This document shows, in pieces, positions 1-12,238 of a stretch of DNA of 64,000 bases (its first letter is position 1; every line of letters starts with the position of its first letter). Made by a program: the position numbers and the translations under genes. The notes under the pieces are model-generated. The model made no database searches. It was not told where the DNA came from and saw nothing but the letters and a program-made list of their open reading frames with translations. Source of the DNA: Hypanus sabinus (taxonomy: Eukaryota); assembly GCF_030144855.1 (NCBI RefSeq), contig NC_082710.1:149358001-149422000 (forward strand). The letters are read 5' to 3'.

Positions 1-790
1 GGAGAAGAAATTTTTCCTTCACTCTGTCCTAAATGACCTACCCCTTATTCTCAAACCATCCCCTCTGGTACTGGACTCTCCCAGCATCTGGACCATATGG
101 TCATGCACTTTGGTAGAAGGCATAAAAGCAAAAGAGTATTTTCTAAATAGCGAGGAAGTTCAAAAATCTGAGATGGAATGAAAGTTGGGAATCCTTGTGC
201 AGGATTCCCTAAAGATTAATTTGCAGTTTGAGTCAATGGTGAGGAAGGCAACTGTGAAGTCAGCATCCATTTCAAGTGGACTACAACATAAAAGCAAGGA
301 TGTAACGCTGAGCCTTTATGAAGCACAGTTGAGGCCTTCCTTAGAGTGCCATGAGCAGTTTTTGGCCCCTTAATTAAGAAAGCATGTAATGACGTTGGAG
401 AAGGTCCAGAGGAGGTTCGCAAGAGTGATGAAATGGCGGAGCAGACTTGGGCCCAATTCTGCTCCTGTGTCTGAAAGTGACATCTTGAGGGTTAGTACCC
501 ACAGTCTTTTTCCTAGAGTTGGGTAATCACGATCTGAGAACAAAAGTTTAAGGTGGGAGTTAAGAGAAGTTGCCAAAGGACAACGACTTCCCCCGATAGG
601 TGGTTCATCTTTGCCAGAGATGGTGCCAGATGAAGTGGTTGAGGCAGGTGCATTAACAATATTGAAAAGGCATTCTGATAGATACGTGGATTGGAAAAGT
701 TCAACATGAAAAAAGTAGTTTTGTGAACCATCTAGAGGATGTTGCCCTCGGTCGAGTTGTTCACTGGCATCATTTCCTTTAGGGGGAGAT
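1..790. mobile_element. Degenerate CR1-type LINE 3' fragments (both orientations)
   Basis: Fragments read as CR1 RT C-terminus (MHFGRR..., QFESMVRKA..., QFLAP) plus CR1 3' UTR pieces like those of better-preserved CR1s in the window; boundaries approximate. Confidence 0.7.
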
Positions 791-879
791 GGAAAACGCT
801 GATGAATGGGACACTTGGATAGGAATTTTAGTTGGGCTGAAGGGCCTGTTTCTGAGATTTGTGACTCTCTGACTCCTCG

Positions 880-1570
880 ACCACACATGTTCCGATTTCT
901 ACCCTCACTGGCACAGAGTAATTCACTACAACTGTAGATCCTGCTTTTTGCCTTCTGCCAGACCCCCATAAATACTCTCTGCAGGACCACACTTCTCCAC
1001 CTATTTCTTTGGTACCAACATGTACCATGACCTCTCACTTTTCAACCTCCCCCTCCAGAACCTCTGTACCACTCTGACTCTTCCCTGACCCTGGCACCAG
1101 CGAGGCATCTCACCTTCCTGGGCTCAGCTTGAGAAGCACTTGTCTTTACCCCTCCGTAACGATTCCTCAACTACCAACACTCAACATGACATTTTCCTCT
1201 CCTGCTGTGGGTCAGAGCCAGCAGTGGTACCATAATCTCGGCAGTTGTTACTGTTTCTCTATGAGAGATTATTCCCCCAGCAGAATCCGATATGGTATAC
1301 GTGTTTGCAAGGGCAGTGACCACTGAGTGTCCTAGACACTACCTCCCTGTCCTTACCGCCCTACCTGGTGGCCACCCACCTCCTCCTGCTGGACCTGTGA
1401 TGTGACCAGATCACTAAGTGGACCTTTTACCAGATTCTCTGCATCTAAAATGCCACAGAGTCCAGTAGCTTTGTGTGTTTTGCCTTGAACTGTGGCTGGA
1501 CACATGTCCCACAGTGTTAATGGTGAGTGGAAATGTCTCTGTACTCCCACGTCCTGCAGGAGGGACAGAC
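880..1570 (-). mobile_element. CR1 ORF1 (esterase-like) remnant
   Basis: Minus-strand VHVGTKEIG resembles the CR1 ORF1 VHxGTND motif; 1330-1570 is homologous to 43650-43930 upstream of cassette B. Confidence 0.55.
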
Positions 1571-2194
1571 CAATGTCCTCACCTCCCCAGTCTCCTCTCT
1601 GTGGAGAGAAAATAGTCACCTGAAAGAAAGGGTGATTGTTTGCTCCAGTTGTCACATCATAGTCCCTCGAAACATCTGTGAAGTTTGTCATTTGCCTCAT
1701 TGACCAACACAATCTGAGGATGTTTTGGGGGAAGCCCTCAAGTGTTACTTTGCTTTTGGTCAGTGTCCCCTCCGATCTGTAATGACCAGTCTGCTCAAAA
1801 ATCCGGTGCTGGGCAAGTTTTCGCTCTGTGACAATGAGACTGAATTTTTCAGTGGAAGTAAACTTGAAGTTGTTCTGAGGATAATAAATTGCCAAGTCCA
1901 GTTTGTTGTTTAAAAGAAATAAAATAATACACATCAATGAGTTTTATTTCTCATATACAATAGCAAGTTCTGAAATCTGAAGACAAATCATCACAAACAC
2001 CGGGTTGTCAACACTAACCACTGTAGAAACTGGAAAAGGAAATGTGATTGTGTACGATCGTGAAATATACTTAGTATGCCAGTGAGGTAGAGGGCGACAA
2101 CCTTTTATGCACAGTTTAAATTCCTTTGTGCACAAGTAACAAAATCAGACCTCAGAGGGAACATTTTGTGCCAGCATACCATGCCCAAACGTAT

Positions 2195-2315
2195 AACCCA
2201 TACGTCTGTGTCATGTGGAGGAAACTGGAGCTCCTGGATGAAACTCAAACATTCATGGGGAGAATGTACAAACTCCACAGAGTTTGGCTGGAGTTGAACC
2301 CAGATCACTCGCACT
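2195..2315 (-). mobile_element. HE1/V-SINE-like SINE fragment
   Basis: GGAGGAAACTGGAGCTCCTGGATGAAAC...GGGGAGAATGTACAAACTCCACAGAG is the reverse complement of the V-SINE body; paralogous copy at 43975-44110. Confidence 0.65.
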
Positions 2316-2703
2316 AACCAATACATTCTCTATCAAAGGGCAAATTGCTTTTCATCACAGAATGGCCGCACCCTCTTTTCCTACCCTTCCTGTTGCTTTC
2401 CTCCATCAGCGATGCCACAAATTCCTCCTGTCCCACTGTTGCCTCTGGTTCTGTTGACTGAGTGACGTCCTGTCCATCAGTGGAGGATACGTCCTGCACT
2501 TAGATCCTGTCTCTGCTTCAAATGTGTCCCTTGGTGTGAGGGGTCAGTCCTGATTCTCCGGTTTTGGGAGTCTGATCCTCTCGGGGGGGGGGAGGGGGGT
2601 TTGGGGTGAACCCCAGTGTCTTAGATTTCAGGGTGCTGGTTTCAGGTATAGGTTCTCCTTGCAATCTGGACTCGCAGCCTCTCTGACTCTCTCTCGGTTC
2701 CAG

Positions 2704-2964
2704 GCTCTCACTCTCTCCGTTATTTCTACACGAGGGTGACCCCAGGGTCGGGGGTCCCAGAGTTCATGAGATCTGGGTATGTGGACGAAGAGCAGACAAA
2801 TTACTATGACAGTGTCGTAGGCCGAGACAAGCCCCGTCAGCAGTGGATGGCGGACAGTCAGGGACCCGACTACTGGGAACGGTTGACAAAGATCTTACGA
2901 GGATGGGAGCAGTTATTCAAGGACAGCATCCAGATCCTCATGGAACGGACCAACCAGACAGTGG
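2704..2964 (+). CDS. MHC class I gene A, alpha1 exon
   Basis: cag|GC TCT CAC...GTG G|gtgagt; 261 nt, phase 1-1; GSHSLRYFYT...GYVDEEQ...GPDYWER...RTNQT with Y7, Y59, R84 and N86 sequon. Confidence 0.97.
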
Positions 2965-2989
2965 GTGAGTGGTGAGCAACGTGGAGTGA

Positions 2990-3464
2990 GGGGTTGATGG
3001 GAGGGACCGGGCATTGGGGGGTGTAACAGGGAACAGTGGTAGGGATTGGGGGGGGGGTAACTGTGTGGATTGTGTCAGGCAAAGGGGGTCATGGAATTAT
3101 GGGGGTTGGGGATTAACTGGGAATTGTAGGGAGACTGTGTGGTCAGGGTGGCTGTGGGTATTGTTGGGGGGACTGGGTGACTGTTGGGGGGGAAACAGGG
3201 TTACTGTGGGGTGTGGGGGGACTGGGTAACTGGAGGGACTGGCAGTTAACTGAGAATGTAGGGTGGGGTAGGGGGGTATGTGTGCCTGGGGATTGTGGGA
3301 GGGGATGGGGTAACTGGGGATTGTGGAGGGTAACTGATTCTGGGGGGTGGGGGGTGATTGTGGTGGGGATGGGGTAATGGGATTGTGGGGAGCACGGTAA
3401 CTGGGGTGTGGGGACAGGGTAAGTGGGGATTGAGGGGTGGCGGTAATAACTGGGGATTGTGGAG
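2990..3464 (+). repeat. G/T-rich degenerate tandem repeat of gene A intron 2 (5' part)
   Basis: Repeated GGGGTAACTGGGGATTGTGG-like units; resumes at 12539-12860 beyond the ERV. Confidence 0.8.
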
Positions 3465-3881
3465 TGTCGTGGAAATTGCACTTTGGGTGAAAAGAATACT
3501 TAACTCCTGAGTCTCGTTTTGGGACCTTCATTTTACTTGGGACCAAGGAGAGAGAGAGCTGGTCTCCACCAGCACCCAACTGTACTCACCTGTTACAATA
3601 GCATCCTTTTGTACAGTTCAGCGTAGTAACTGCAGACTTAAAATAATATATCCAAGCATTATATAGGAATATTACCACTCTAATAATATACTAATGTTTC
3701 TATAAAAAGAAAAAGCAGATACAAGTTCAATTATCTTGAAAGCTCAGTGCATTAGTTTCTGTTCCTCTGGTCACAGCAGGTTAGACTCTTGCAAGAGTTA
3801 GCATGTACTGTTCCCTATTTGCACACAAGGGTTTTTGCTTTGCCTCCACAAATCCCTCATTGTTGACCTTCTAGCTCAACA
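3465..3881 (-). mobile_element. ERV 3' LTR (left)
   Basis: TG...CA, 417 bp; homologous to 10431-10490 plus 12239-12538. Confidence 0.8.
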
Positions 3882-5364
3882 CTCATATTGTTTACCCTGT
3901 TCACATTTGTATTCTCTCATTGAGTCTCTCTCTAGGAAGGGGGCTTTGTAACCCTCAGGAAAGGGACGCAATTTCAGACGTAACTCCTCATCATAGCTAT
4001 CACTAATAATCTCTTCTTCCTCCCCTTCCCTGGAGGTTCCAGGCCTTTCCAGTTTGTCTTCGTACATACATGGGGGCCAGAGTCATTGGGCCCTGTCCTC
4101 TGGAGGCTAGTATGGCAGAGGAATCTTGTGGCCAGTAAACAAATGACCACAATTACAAGTATTATCCCATAATGTACCAGCGTCTCCCACCAGTTTCCAA
4201 GCAGCCACCATTCTCCCCCAGGTTGGGTTATAGTTGTGGAACTGCCCACCCACCTGTTTTATTTTAGTCACTGATTTCTTCATGTGATCTGCCAGATTAG
4301 TGCTGATTTCTGATTTGTCGGGTATATACATGCAACATTCCTGCCCTGTGATAGCGCAAGTCACCCCTTTCTCGGCCAGCAGGAAATCAAGGGCCATTTT
4401 GTTCTGAAGAGCCCCCTTTCTCCGGGCTCGGTCTCCGCAGTGACAGCTTCTCGAGCCTGTCGGGTTGTATTGAGCCCCTCTGCTGTGGCATTCGCCAGTT
4501 TCTCAAGGGCAGTGGCAATATTCATCAATACCGTGGCCGTCTTCGTGACCCCATCAGAGGGAACAGCTATCATCCAAAATCGCTCCATTTTGGAGATTGC
4601 CCTTGTCTTGTTCCTGCTTTCCCCCTTTTCCCAGTGTGGGTGGTCTGTTTCTAACCGGGGGTACTGCAAACCCAGGGTACCAGTCATTCTTTAGCCAGGG
4701 GTAAACTCGCTCCCCACAGATCTAAAAGGTGTTGTTTGGCAGAGGTGGGGACTGGGGAAGGTAGTACTATTGTGGCCGGTCCCATTACTCTTCTTTTCTC
4801 CGTTCACTTACTCCATCCTGTCTTCCACAGCCCATTCTCCTTGCAGCAACAGGTGCCTCCTCTGTCTATATACTACCATCCGGGGGGGGGGTGAGTCTGA
4901 AATGTCAGGGTAACGTGGGAAATAGGATCCATTTAGCAGACCCGTTGGCCCCCTCAGTCCCATTCCCTGTTCCCCTGTGCCATTGCTGCCTCGCCAGCAA
5001 GGTGTCCTTCCTCCAGGGCCATTGTAGGTGGTACCACTGGGGTAAAACTGTATCTCCACAACATGGGGCCTGCTCCTCCCATCCAATTCCAAGTCCCCCC
5101 TCCTCTTTTTTTGGTGAGGGGTATAGCCACAAAGGGCATCTTCCGTCCTCCTCCGGTGTGTGCTGGTATCACCATACAGACCCAACAGCTTGTGTGGGTG
5201 GTGCTATTCACATAATCATACGCCAACTGGAGGAAGGTATTCTTGGATTCAACTCCGAGTCCTCTGATTGCAGTGGTTAATAGTCCAGTTATTAACAGTG
5301 AGTGGGACCACAAGGTGGTGTGGCTCCTTTCACTCGACTCGGCAGCTGAACAGGTGCTGTTCAC
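3882..5364 (-). pseudogene. env: Retroviral envelope remnant (SU+TM), frameshifted
   Basis: SU NTFLQLAY...SCWVC (CXXC); furin-like RNKTR|AISKMERFW; ISD-like FQNKMALDFLLAEKG; CX6CC (CAITGQECC); hydrophobic IILVIVVICLL; split over several frames. Confidence 0.92.
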
Positions 5365-5399
5365 TCCAGTTCACTCAGGTCTGTTGTTCCTCTCCTTTC

Positions 5400-6450
5400 T
5401 CGTAGTGCCGTTTGCACCGAGTGGTGTGAATCCAGTCGGGTTTTCCTTCTCCCTTCACTGCAGTCCGAGTGACCAACCGGACTGATAGGGTCCTCTCCAC
5501 CTCGGAGAGAAAGATCCTTTTGTCACAGTTCGAACATATACCCAATCTGCTGGTTTGAAGAGGTGCACATTTCCTTCGGTCGGGAGTCTGGGCATCCCTC
5601 ACTTGGCCAGGAAGCTTTTCCACCTGGGGACACAGTGCTTGTGCATATGTTAGGGTTTTTCATCATTCCAGATTAAAGCCACTCTCTCCGGTGTCATCAG
5701 GAGCTTCAGCCCCGTTGTCATTGGTCTACCCATGAATATTTTGTGTGGGGTGAACCCCGTACTCCTATTCTTCCGGTTTTGCAAAGCATCCATTACCGGA
5801 GGCAAATCCTCTGACCATTTAATATCATTCTGCTGACACACCTAGCCTGGTACATTTCTTATTTCTCCGTTTACCCTTTCCATCATTCCTGAGGATTGGG
5901 GTTGATAGGGGAAGTTTAACTTCCACTGAAATCCCAGGGCGACTTTCAGCCCTTGCACTAATCTGTTAGTAAAATGAGTTCCCGGTCACTATTAATGCAG
6001 AATGGAATCCCAAATCTTGGTAGGATTTCCTTCATTAGGGCATTCACTACTGTGCTGGCATCATCCTTCCTGGTTCTTCCTGGTTCGTTCTGCCTTCCTG
6101 GTTTAGGAATGGGAAGGATGGGGGTGATGCAGCACCTCCTGTATCAGGTGTTACAGACACGATGCCTTCCTCTGCCTGAGCTGTCGGGCGATAATGCCGG
6201 CGAGAGCTTTTGGGTAGAGCAGGGGGTCTGGCTGCGACGGGCACTGTCACTGGAATAACGCCTTTAACATCATAGGTTTTAGAATAATCCTTCCTGTCTG
6301 CCTGTCAAAGATCTCGATGGTGAGCATAGTCGCTCCCGGGATTAGAACAGAGATTGTCTGGGCTGGGTGTGAAGTTTGTGACAGACGGTGCACCGTAGAT
6401 CCAATGTGCTTTGCCCTAGTGGGGGGGGAGGGGCTTATGGCCACTGTGAG
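5400..6450 (-). pseudogene. pol: Retroviral integrase remnant
   Basis: KEILPRFGIPFCINSD, YQPQSSGMMERVN, RSTGFTPHKIFMGRPM; stops and frameshifts; no RT or RNase H seen. Confidence 0.85.
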
Positions 6451-6779
6451 CTGGGGGTCGACAGGTCCCCTGTGAGAGAGCCTCTCTGTTTTCCATCAGT
6501 CTCGCTGTTGTTTGTTTAGTTCTACTGATACCCCCAGCCCTTTGGGGCCCAAGAACAGAAGGGGCCCGGTTATCGAGATCTCCCTGCCCCCAATGTAGGG
6601 GACTGCCTGCTCATCGTAGGTGGGATCTACATCCTGCCCGTAGAATACATCAATTCCTCTGTGTCCGTCTCCAGGGGAGCACTCGGGGCCAACGGGAGAT
6701 ACTGTCCCAGTGGCGGTTGGGAGGCCGGGGGATTATTCTTATGCGGTCATTTATCTTTCCGAGGGAAGTCTCCTGGCTA

Positions 6780-7050
6780 CCTCCACTCATTTATAAAAAC
6801 AGCTGATCAAATAATCCATATCCCAATTCGGATCCCCATCTCCCATTTCCAGTATCTTTCCCTTCCCTTATCAGTCCCTTATCTAACGCAAGTTAAATGT
6901 TCCGACATAGGGCCAATCTCCTTGCGACCACCCGTACAGGTCCCTACTAAACGTTACCCCGTATCGATCATCCCGTTTCATGTATTACTGTATCGGTCGG
7001 TGATCCAGGCGGTACCAGGGGGTCCCCAATTTTCGATGCTCTCTTACCTT
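6780..7050 (-). pseudogene. Probable gag matrix remnant
   Basis: Minus-strand WSQGDWPYVGTFNL resembles the WPxxGTF motif of gamma/epsilon-like matrix proteins. Confidence 0.5.
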
Positions 7051-7135
7051 CTCGATGTTCTCCTCCGTCTTTTTACTTACTCTCAAGGTTCCTTCATCAG
7101 CAGGACCAGCATTACCTGATCGACCGCTGCCGTTT

Positions 7136-9937
7136 CAATAGACAATAGGTGCAGAAGTAGACCATTCGGCCCCTCGAGTCTGCACCGCCATTCTGAGATC
7201 ATGGCTGATCATTCACTATCAATACCCAGTCCCTGCCTTGTCCCCATATCCCTTGATTCCCCTATCCATCAGATATCTATCTAGCTCCTTCTTGAAAGCA
7301 TCCAGAGAATTGGCCTCCACCGTCTTCCGAGGTAGTGCATTCCACACCTGCACAACTCTCTGGGAGAAGAAGCTCTTCCTCAACTGTTTTAAATAACTGA
7401 CATCTTATTCTCAATCCATGCCCTCTGGTACTGGACTCTCCTGACATCTGGAACATATTTCCTGCCTCAATCCTATCAAATCCTTTAATTATCTTAAACG
7501 TTTCAATCAGATCCCCTCTCAATCTCCTCAATTCCAGCGTATACAAGCCCAATCTCTCTAATCTCTCTGCGTAAGACAGCCCTGCCATCCCAGGAATCAA
7601 CCTAGTGAATCTACGCTGCACTTCCTCAATTGCCAGAATGTCCTTCCTTAAACCTGGAGACCAAAACTGTACACAATATTCCAGGTGTGGTCTCACCAGG
7701 GCCCTGTACAAATGCAAAAGGACATCCTTGCTCTTGTACTCAATTCCCCTTGTAACAAAGGCCAACATTCCATTTGCCCTCTTCACTGCCTGTTGCACTT
7801 GCTCATTCACCTTCATTGACTGATGAACTAGGACTCCTAAGTCTCTTTGCATTTCTCCCTTACCTAACTCTACACCGTTCAGACAATACTCTGCCCTCTT
7901 GTTCCTGCTTCCAAAGTGGATAACTTCACATTTATTCACATTGAATGACATCTGCCAAGTATCTGCCCACTCACCCAGCCTATCCAAGTCTCCCTGTATT
8001 CTCCTAACGTCCTCTTCGCATGTCACACTGCCACCCAGTTTAGTATCGTCAGCAAACTTGCTGATATAGTTTTCAATGCCCTCATCTAAATCGTTGACAT
8101 AAATCGTAAAGAGCTGTGGTCCCAATACAGAGCCCTGTGGTACCCCACTAGTCACCTCCAGCCAGTCCGAGAAACACCCATTCACTGCTACCCTTTGCTT
8201 TCTATCTGCCAACCAGTTTTCTATCCATGTTGAAACCCTGCCCCCAATGCCATGAGCTCTGATTTTACTCACCAATCTCCTATGTGGCACCTTATCGAAT
8301 GCCTTCTGAAAATCTAGGTACACAACATCCACTGGCTTACCCTCGTCTAACATCCTTGTTACACCCTCAAAAAACTCCAACAGATTAGTCAAGCATGATT
8401 TGCCCTTGGTAAATCCATGCTGGCTCGGCCTAATCCTATTTCTGCCATCTAGATGTGCCACTATTTCGTCCTTAATAATGGACTCAAGCATCTTCCCCAC
8501 GACTGACGTTAGGCTAACAGGGCGATAGTTCTCCGTTTTCTCCTTCCCTCCCTTCTTGAAAAGTGGGATAACATTAGCCACTCTCCAATCTTCAGGAACT
8601 GATCCTGAATCTAAGGAACATTGGAAAATGATTACCAATGCATCCGCAATTTCCTGAGCCACCTCTTTTAGAGCCCTTGGGTGCAGACCATCTGGACCTG
8701 GGGATTTATTAGCCTTCAGTCCTACCAGTCTACTCATCACAGTTTCTTTCCTAATGTCAATCTGTCTCAATTCCTCTGATATCTTATGACCCTGGCCCAT
8801 CCATACATCTGGGAGATTGCTTGTGTCCTCCCTGGTGAAGACAGATCTAAAGTACTCATTAAATTCTGTTGCCATTTCCCTGTTTCCCATAACAATTTCT
8901 CCCAATTCATTCTTCAAGGGGCCAACATTGTTCTTAACTATCTTCTTTCTCTTCACATAGCTAAAAAAGCTTTTGCTATCCCCTTTTATATTCCTGGCTA
9001 GACTGAGCTCATACCTGATTTTTCTGTCCGTATTGCTTTTTTAGTTAAGATCTGCTGCTCCTTAAAACTTTCCCAATCATATGTATTCCCACTCATCTTA
9101 GCCCTGTCATACTTCTTTTTCTTTAATGCTATACAATCTCTGACTTCCTTTGTCAACCACTGTGGCCCCTTCCCCCTCTTTGAATCCTTCCTTCTCATTG
9201 GAATGAACTGCTTTTGCATCTTTTGTATTATGCCCAAGAATATCTGCTGATCCACTGTCTTTCCTGCCAGGGCATCCGCCCATTTAACTTTGGCCAGCTC
9301 TTCCCTCATGGCTCCGTAGTCTCCTTTATTTAATTGCAACACTGACACCTCTGATCTGCCCTTATCCCTCTCAAATTGTAGATAAAAACTTATGTTATGA
9401 TCACTACTTCCTAATGGCTCCTTTACTTCAAGATCACTTATCAATTCCTGTTCATTACACATCACCAAGTCCAAAATTGCCTCATTCCTGGTTGGCTCAA
9501 GCACAAGCTGTTCCAAAAATACATCCCTTAGACACTCCACAAACTCCCTATCTTGGGGTCCAGCACCAACCTGATTCTCCCAGTTCACCTGCATGTTGAA
9601 ATCTCCCATAACGACTGCATTACCTTTAGCACATGCCAATGTTAACTCCCTAATCAACTTGTACCCAATATCCACGCTACTGTTTGGGGGCCTGTACACA
9701 ACACCCATTAGGGTCTTTTTACCCTTACTGTTCCTCAGCTCAATCCACACAGACTCTACTTCCCCTGTTCCCAAGTCACCTCTTGCTAAGGACTGAATCT
9801 CATTCCTCACCAACAGGGCCACCCCACCCCCTCTTCCCATATTTCTGTCTCTACGATAGCACATATACCCTGGTACACTCAATTCCCAGGCCTGATCCCC
9901 TTGCAGCCATGTCTCCGTTATCCCAACAATATCGTAG
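7136..9937 (-). mobile_element. 5'-truncated CR1 LINE, near-intact ORF2 (APE + RT)
   Basis: ORFs 8998-9882 (VYRPPN, MGDFN, GSSDH) and 7277-8956 (YLDFQKAFDKV, GVPQGSVLGP, FADD) separated by one frameshift; CAATAGA-repeat tail at 7136. Confidence 0.96.
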
Positions 9938-10538
9938 GATCACTGGAACAACACAGTGGGTCAGGCAGCATCTCTCTCAATCCTTCTTGCCTTTTTCTCT
10001 TCTTCCTGTCAGCAGAGTGGTTTAATTTTCACGTCCCCCAAACCCCAGTTTCTCTTTGAGCTCTCATCGGTTCATGTGGTCCCTTCCCGAGCGATGGGAG
10101 TCGAGTCGCTGCGTTCTTTATGATTTCTTCCAATTTCGTCCCCTATCTTTTCTTAGTCCCCCAGGAACTGTGTCTCCGGCTGGAGATAAGTACTCCTGGA
10201 GTTGTCTCTGCACTGGACGGCCTCGGGATGCCTTACTCCCAGAGTTAGGTCCCTTGAGCTGTAATTACTCTCGCCAATTCTCTCACTTCTTACAAATTCA
10301 CAGCTTTCTTTTGCACATTAGGATAGCAATTCTGATCGTTTCCTTTTCTACTGGGGTTTTCCCCAGCTCTCCCGCCCCCACCCCCGTTCGCATCTCATTA
10401 ACACTGAGACCCTGCTGACGTGCTCCTGATGGTCATGAAAGTTTGACCTTGGGTGATAAGAATACTCAACTCCTGAGCCTAATTTCGGGGGGAGAGAGAG
10501 AGAGGGGGGGGGGGAGAGAGAGAGAGGGGGGTGAGAGA

Positions 10539-10921
10539 NNNNNNNNNNNNNNNNNNNNNNNNNNNNNNNNNNNNNNNNNNNNNNNNNNNNNNNNNNNNNN
10601 NNNNNNNNNNNNNNNNNNNNNNNNNNNNNNNNNNNNNNNNNNNNNNNNNNNNNNNNNNNNNNNNNNNNNNNNNNNNNNNNNNNNNNNNNNNNNNNNNNNN
10701 NNNNNNNNNNNNNNNNNNNNNNNNNNNNNNNNNNNNNNNNNNNNNNNNNNNNNNNNNNNNNNNNNNNNNNNNNNNNNNNNNNNNNNNNNNNNNNNNNNNN
10801 NNNNNNNNNNNNNNNNNNNNNNNNNNNNNNNNNNNNNNNNNNNNNNNNNNNNNNNNNNNNNNNNNNNNNNNNNNNNNNNNNNNNNNNNNNNNNNNNNNNN
10901 NNNNNNNNNNNNNNNNNNNNN
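10539..10921. other. Assembly gap (383 N) next to a GA/G-rich microsatellite
   Basis: Run of N after (GA)n/G tract at 10487-10538. Confidence 0.99.
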
Positions 10922-10928
10922 TAGAATA

Positions 10929-12238
10929 CAGGCGGCCCCCATTTTTCGAACGTTCTTTTTACATCAACTTGCTGTTATGAAAGACCTACATTAGTACTTC
11001 TTTTTACTAACCAAAGAGGATTTTCGCTTTTACGAAAAAAAGACGCCCGCTTTGTGTTGACCCCGGGAAAGACTACAATGACCATGCGGGCAGTTGTGTG
11101 TCGCATGCGTGTTTTTTCTCCGAATCGGTTTTCGCTCGCTGTCTTCCGGAGTTTGATAAGTGAAGCTACACCATACATACAATACTTCTACTTTATATAG
11201 GCTGTATATTTATCATAACATAACACTAACATAGTAAAAGCAGGAATGATAAGTTTTGTGTCTTATTTGGTTTGATTTGGTAGGGTGTTTTGGGGTCTGG
11301 GAACGCTCAAAAATTAATGGTAATTGTTTCTTCGATTTACGCCAATTCGGCTTACTTTCAGGAACGCGGCCGGATGGACCCAAACGCAAGACGCAGACAC
11401 TGAAGTACTAGGGGGAGGACAGGACGGGGATGCCATGGCATTTAAGGGTAGAGCTGGGGTTCAGGCAGATAGAGTTCAGGCAGGCAGGTCCCTGGGGTGC
11501 AGGCAGGTAGACAGCTGGCTAGATAAGCTGGCGGAGAGCCCTCCTGGGGCTGGCCGCATATATCCCAGGTAGGGATGCCTCCCAGGCGGAAACACCAGAG
11601 ACCTGGGCACGACGCGAACCCCTAGGCGGGTGCGGGGCACAATCCCAGGGTTCGGGCGGAAGAGGAGGATGGGGCAGAACCACTGCCGGGCAGCGGCAGG
11701 TCGGCCGGACCTGCCCGACAGAGGAAAGGGGTAGGAACGGGCATAGGTCCAGAGTGACCAACACAACAGTCATGACAACGGGAAAATCGGAAACGACCGG
11801 CAGACAGGGCGACCGCGCGAAAACAAACGAGCGGAGAAGCGGGACAGCGCATGGGAAGAAAGGTGGGGGAAGAGGACCAACCTGGTAGTACCAGCACGGA
11901 GCAGTGAAGCATGATGAAGAGAAGATCTGAGCCCGGGCGGGATCACAGAATGCAAAGTAGAGTTCGGAGCCGGCAAGGAAACAGAACAAAACAACCACCT
12001 GCCTGGTCCCAGTCCCAAGGCCCCTTATAACACCTGCAGCTCCATGAGATATAGGTGTGTCTCCTTGAACCAGGAGGGTCCTAACTCGATCACGGGTGAT
12101 GGGAGGGACAACTGCAGGACCCGGAGTCCGGAGCCCTCGGACCGGATCAAAACCCGGAAAGCAGATTACAGACCGGACCCTGACACTTACAAATGGTTTC
12201 ATAGGAACGCTCTACCTTCGGATTGTGGGGGAAACCTG
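10929..12238. mobile_element. Tigger/TcMar-like MITE (~475 bp without its nested insert)
   Basis: TA on both sides; imperfect TIRs CAGGCGGCCCCCATTTTTCGAA and revcomp CAGGTTTCCCCCACAATCCGAA; removal restores LTR sequence AATAGCATCC. Confidence 0.75.
11356..12185 (-). mobile_element. Solo LTR (Gypsy-like), 830 bp, CpG-rich
   Basis: CTTAC duplicated at 11351-11355 and 12186-12190; ends TTTCAGG (mutated TGTCAGG) and CCTGACA; no coding remnant. Confidence 0.8.

Noticed and set aside
3014-3579. Pro-rich or Gly-rich ORFs in intron 2 repeats (also 12517-13281, 45809-46533, 51729-52513)
   Set aside because: By-products of G-rich low-complexity DNA or antisense to real exons; no domain signature
3882-5364. 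Domesticated, intact env gene
   Set aside because: Multiple frameshifts and stops split SU and TM
7136-9937. Autonomous active LINE (also 16310-18208)
   Set aside because: Both are 5'-truncated and lack ORF1; the CR1 also has a frameshift
10400-10431. ERV primer-binding site, and polypurine tract near 3882
   Set aside because: No TGG-initiated tRNA complement or clean purine tract could be read next to the LTRs
10443-10994. Long ORFs reported across 10.4-11.0 kb
   Set aside because: Artefacts of the 383-N gap
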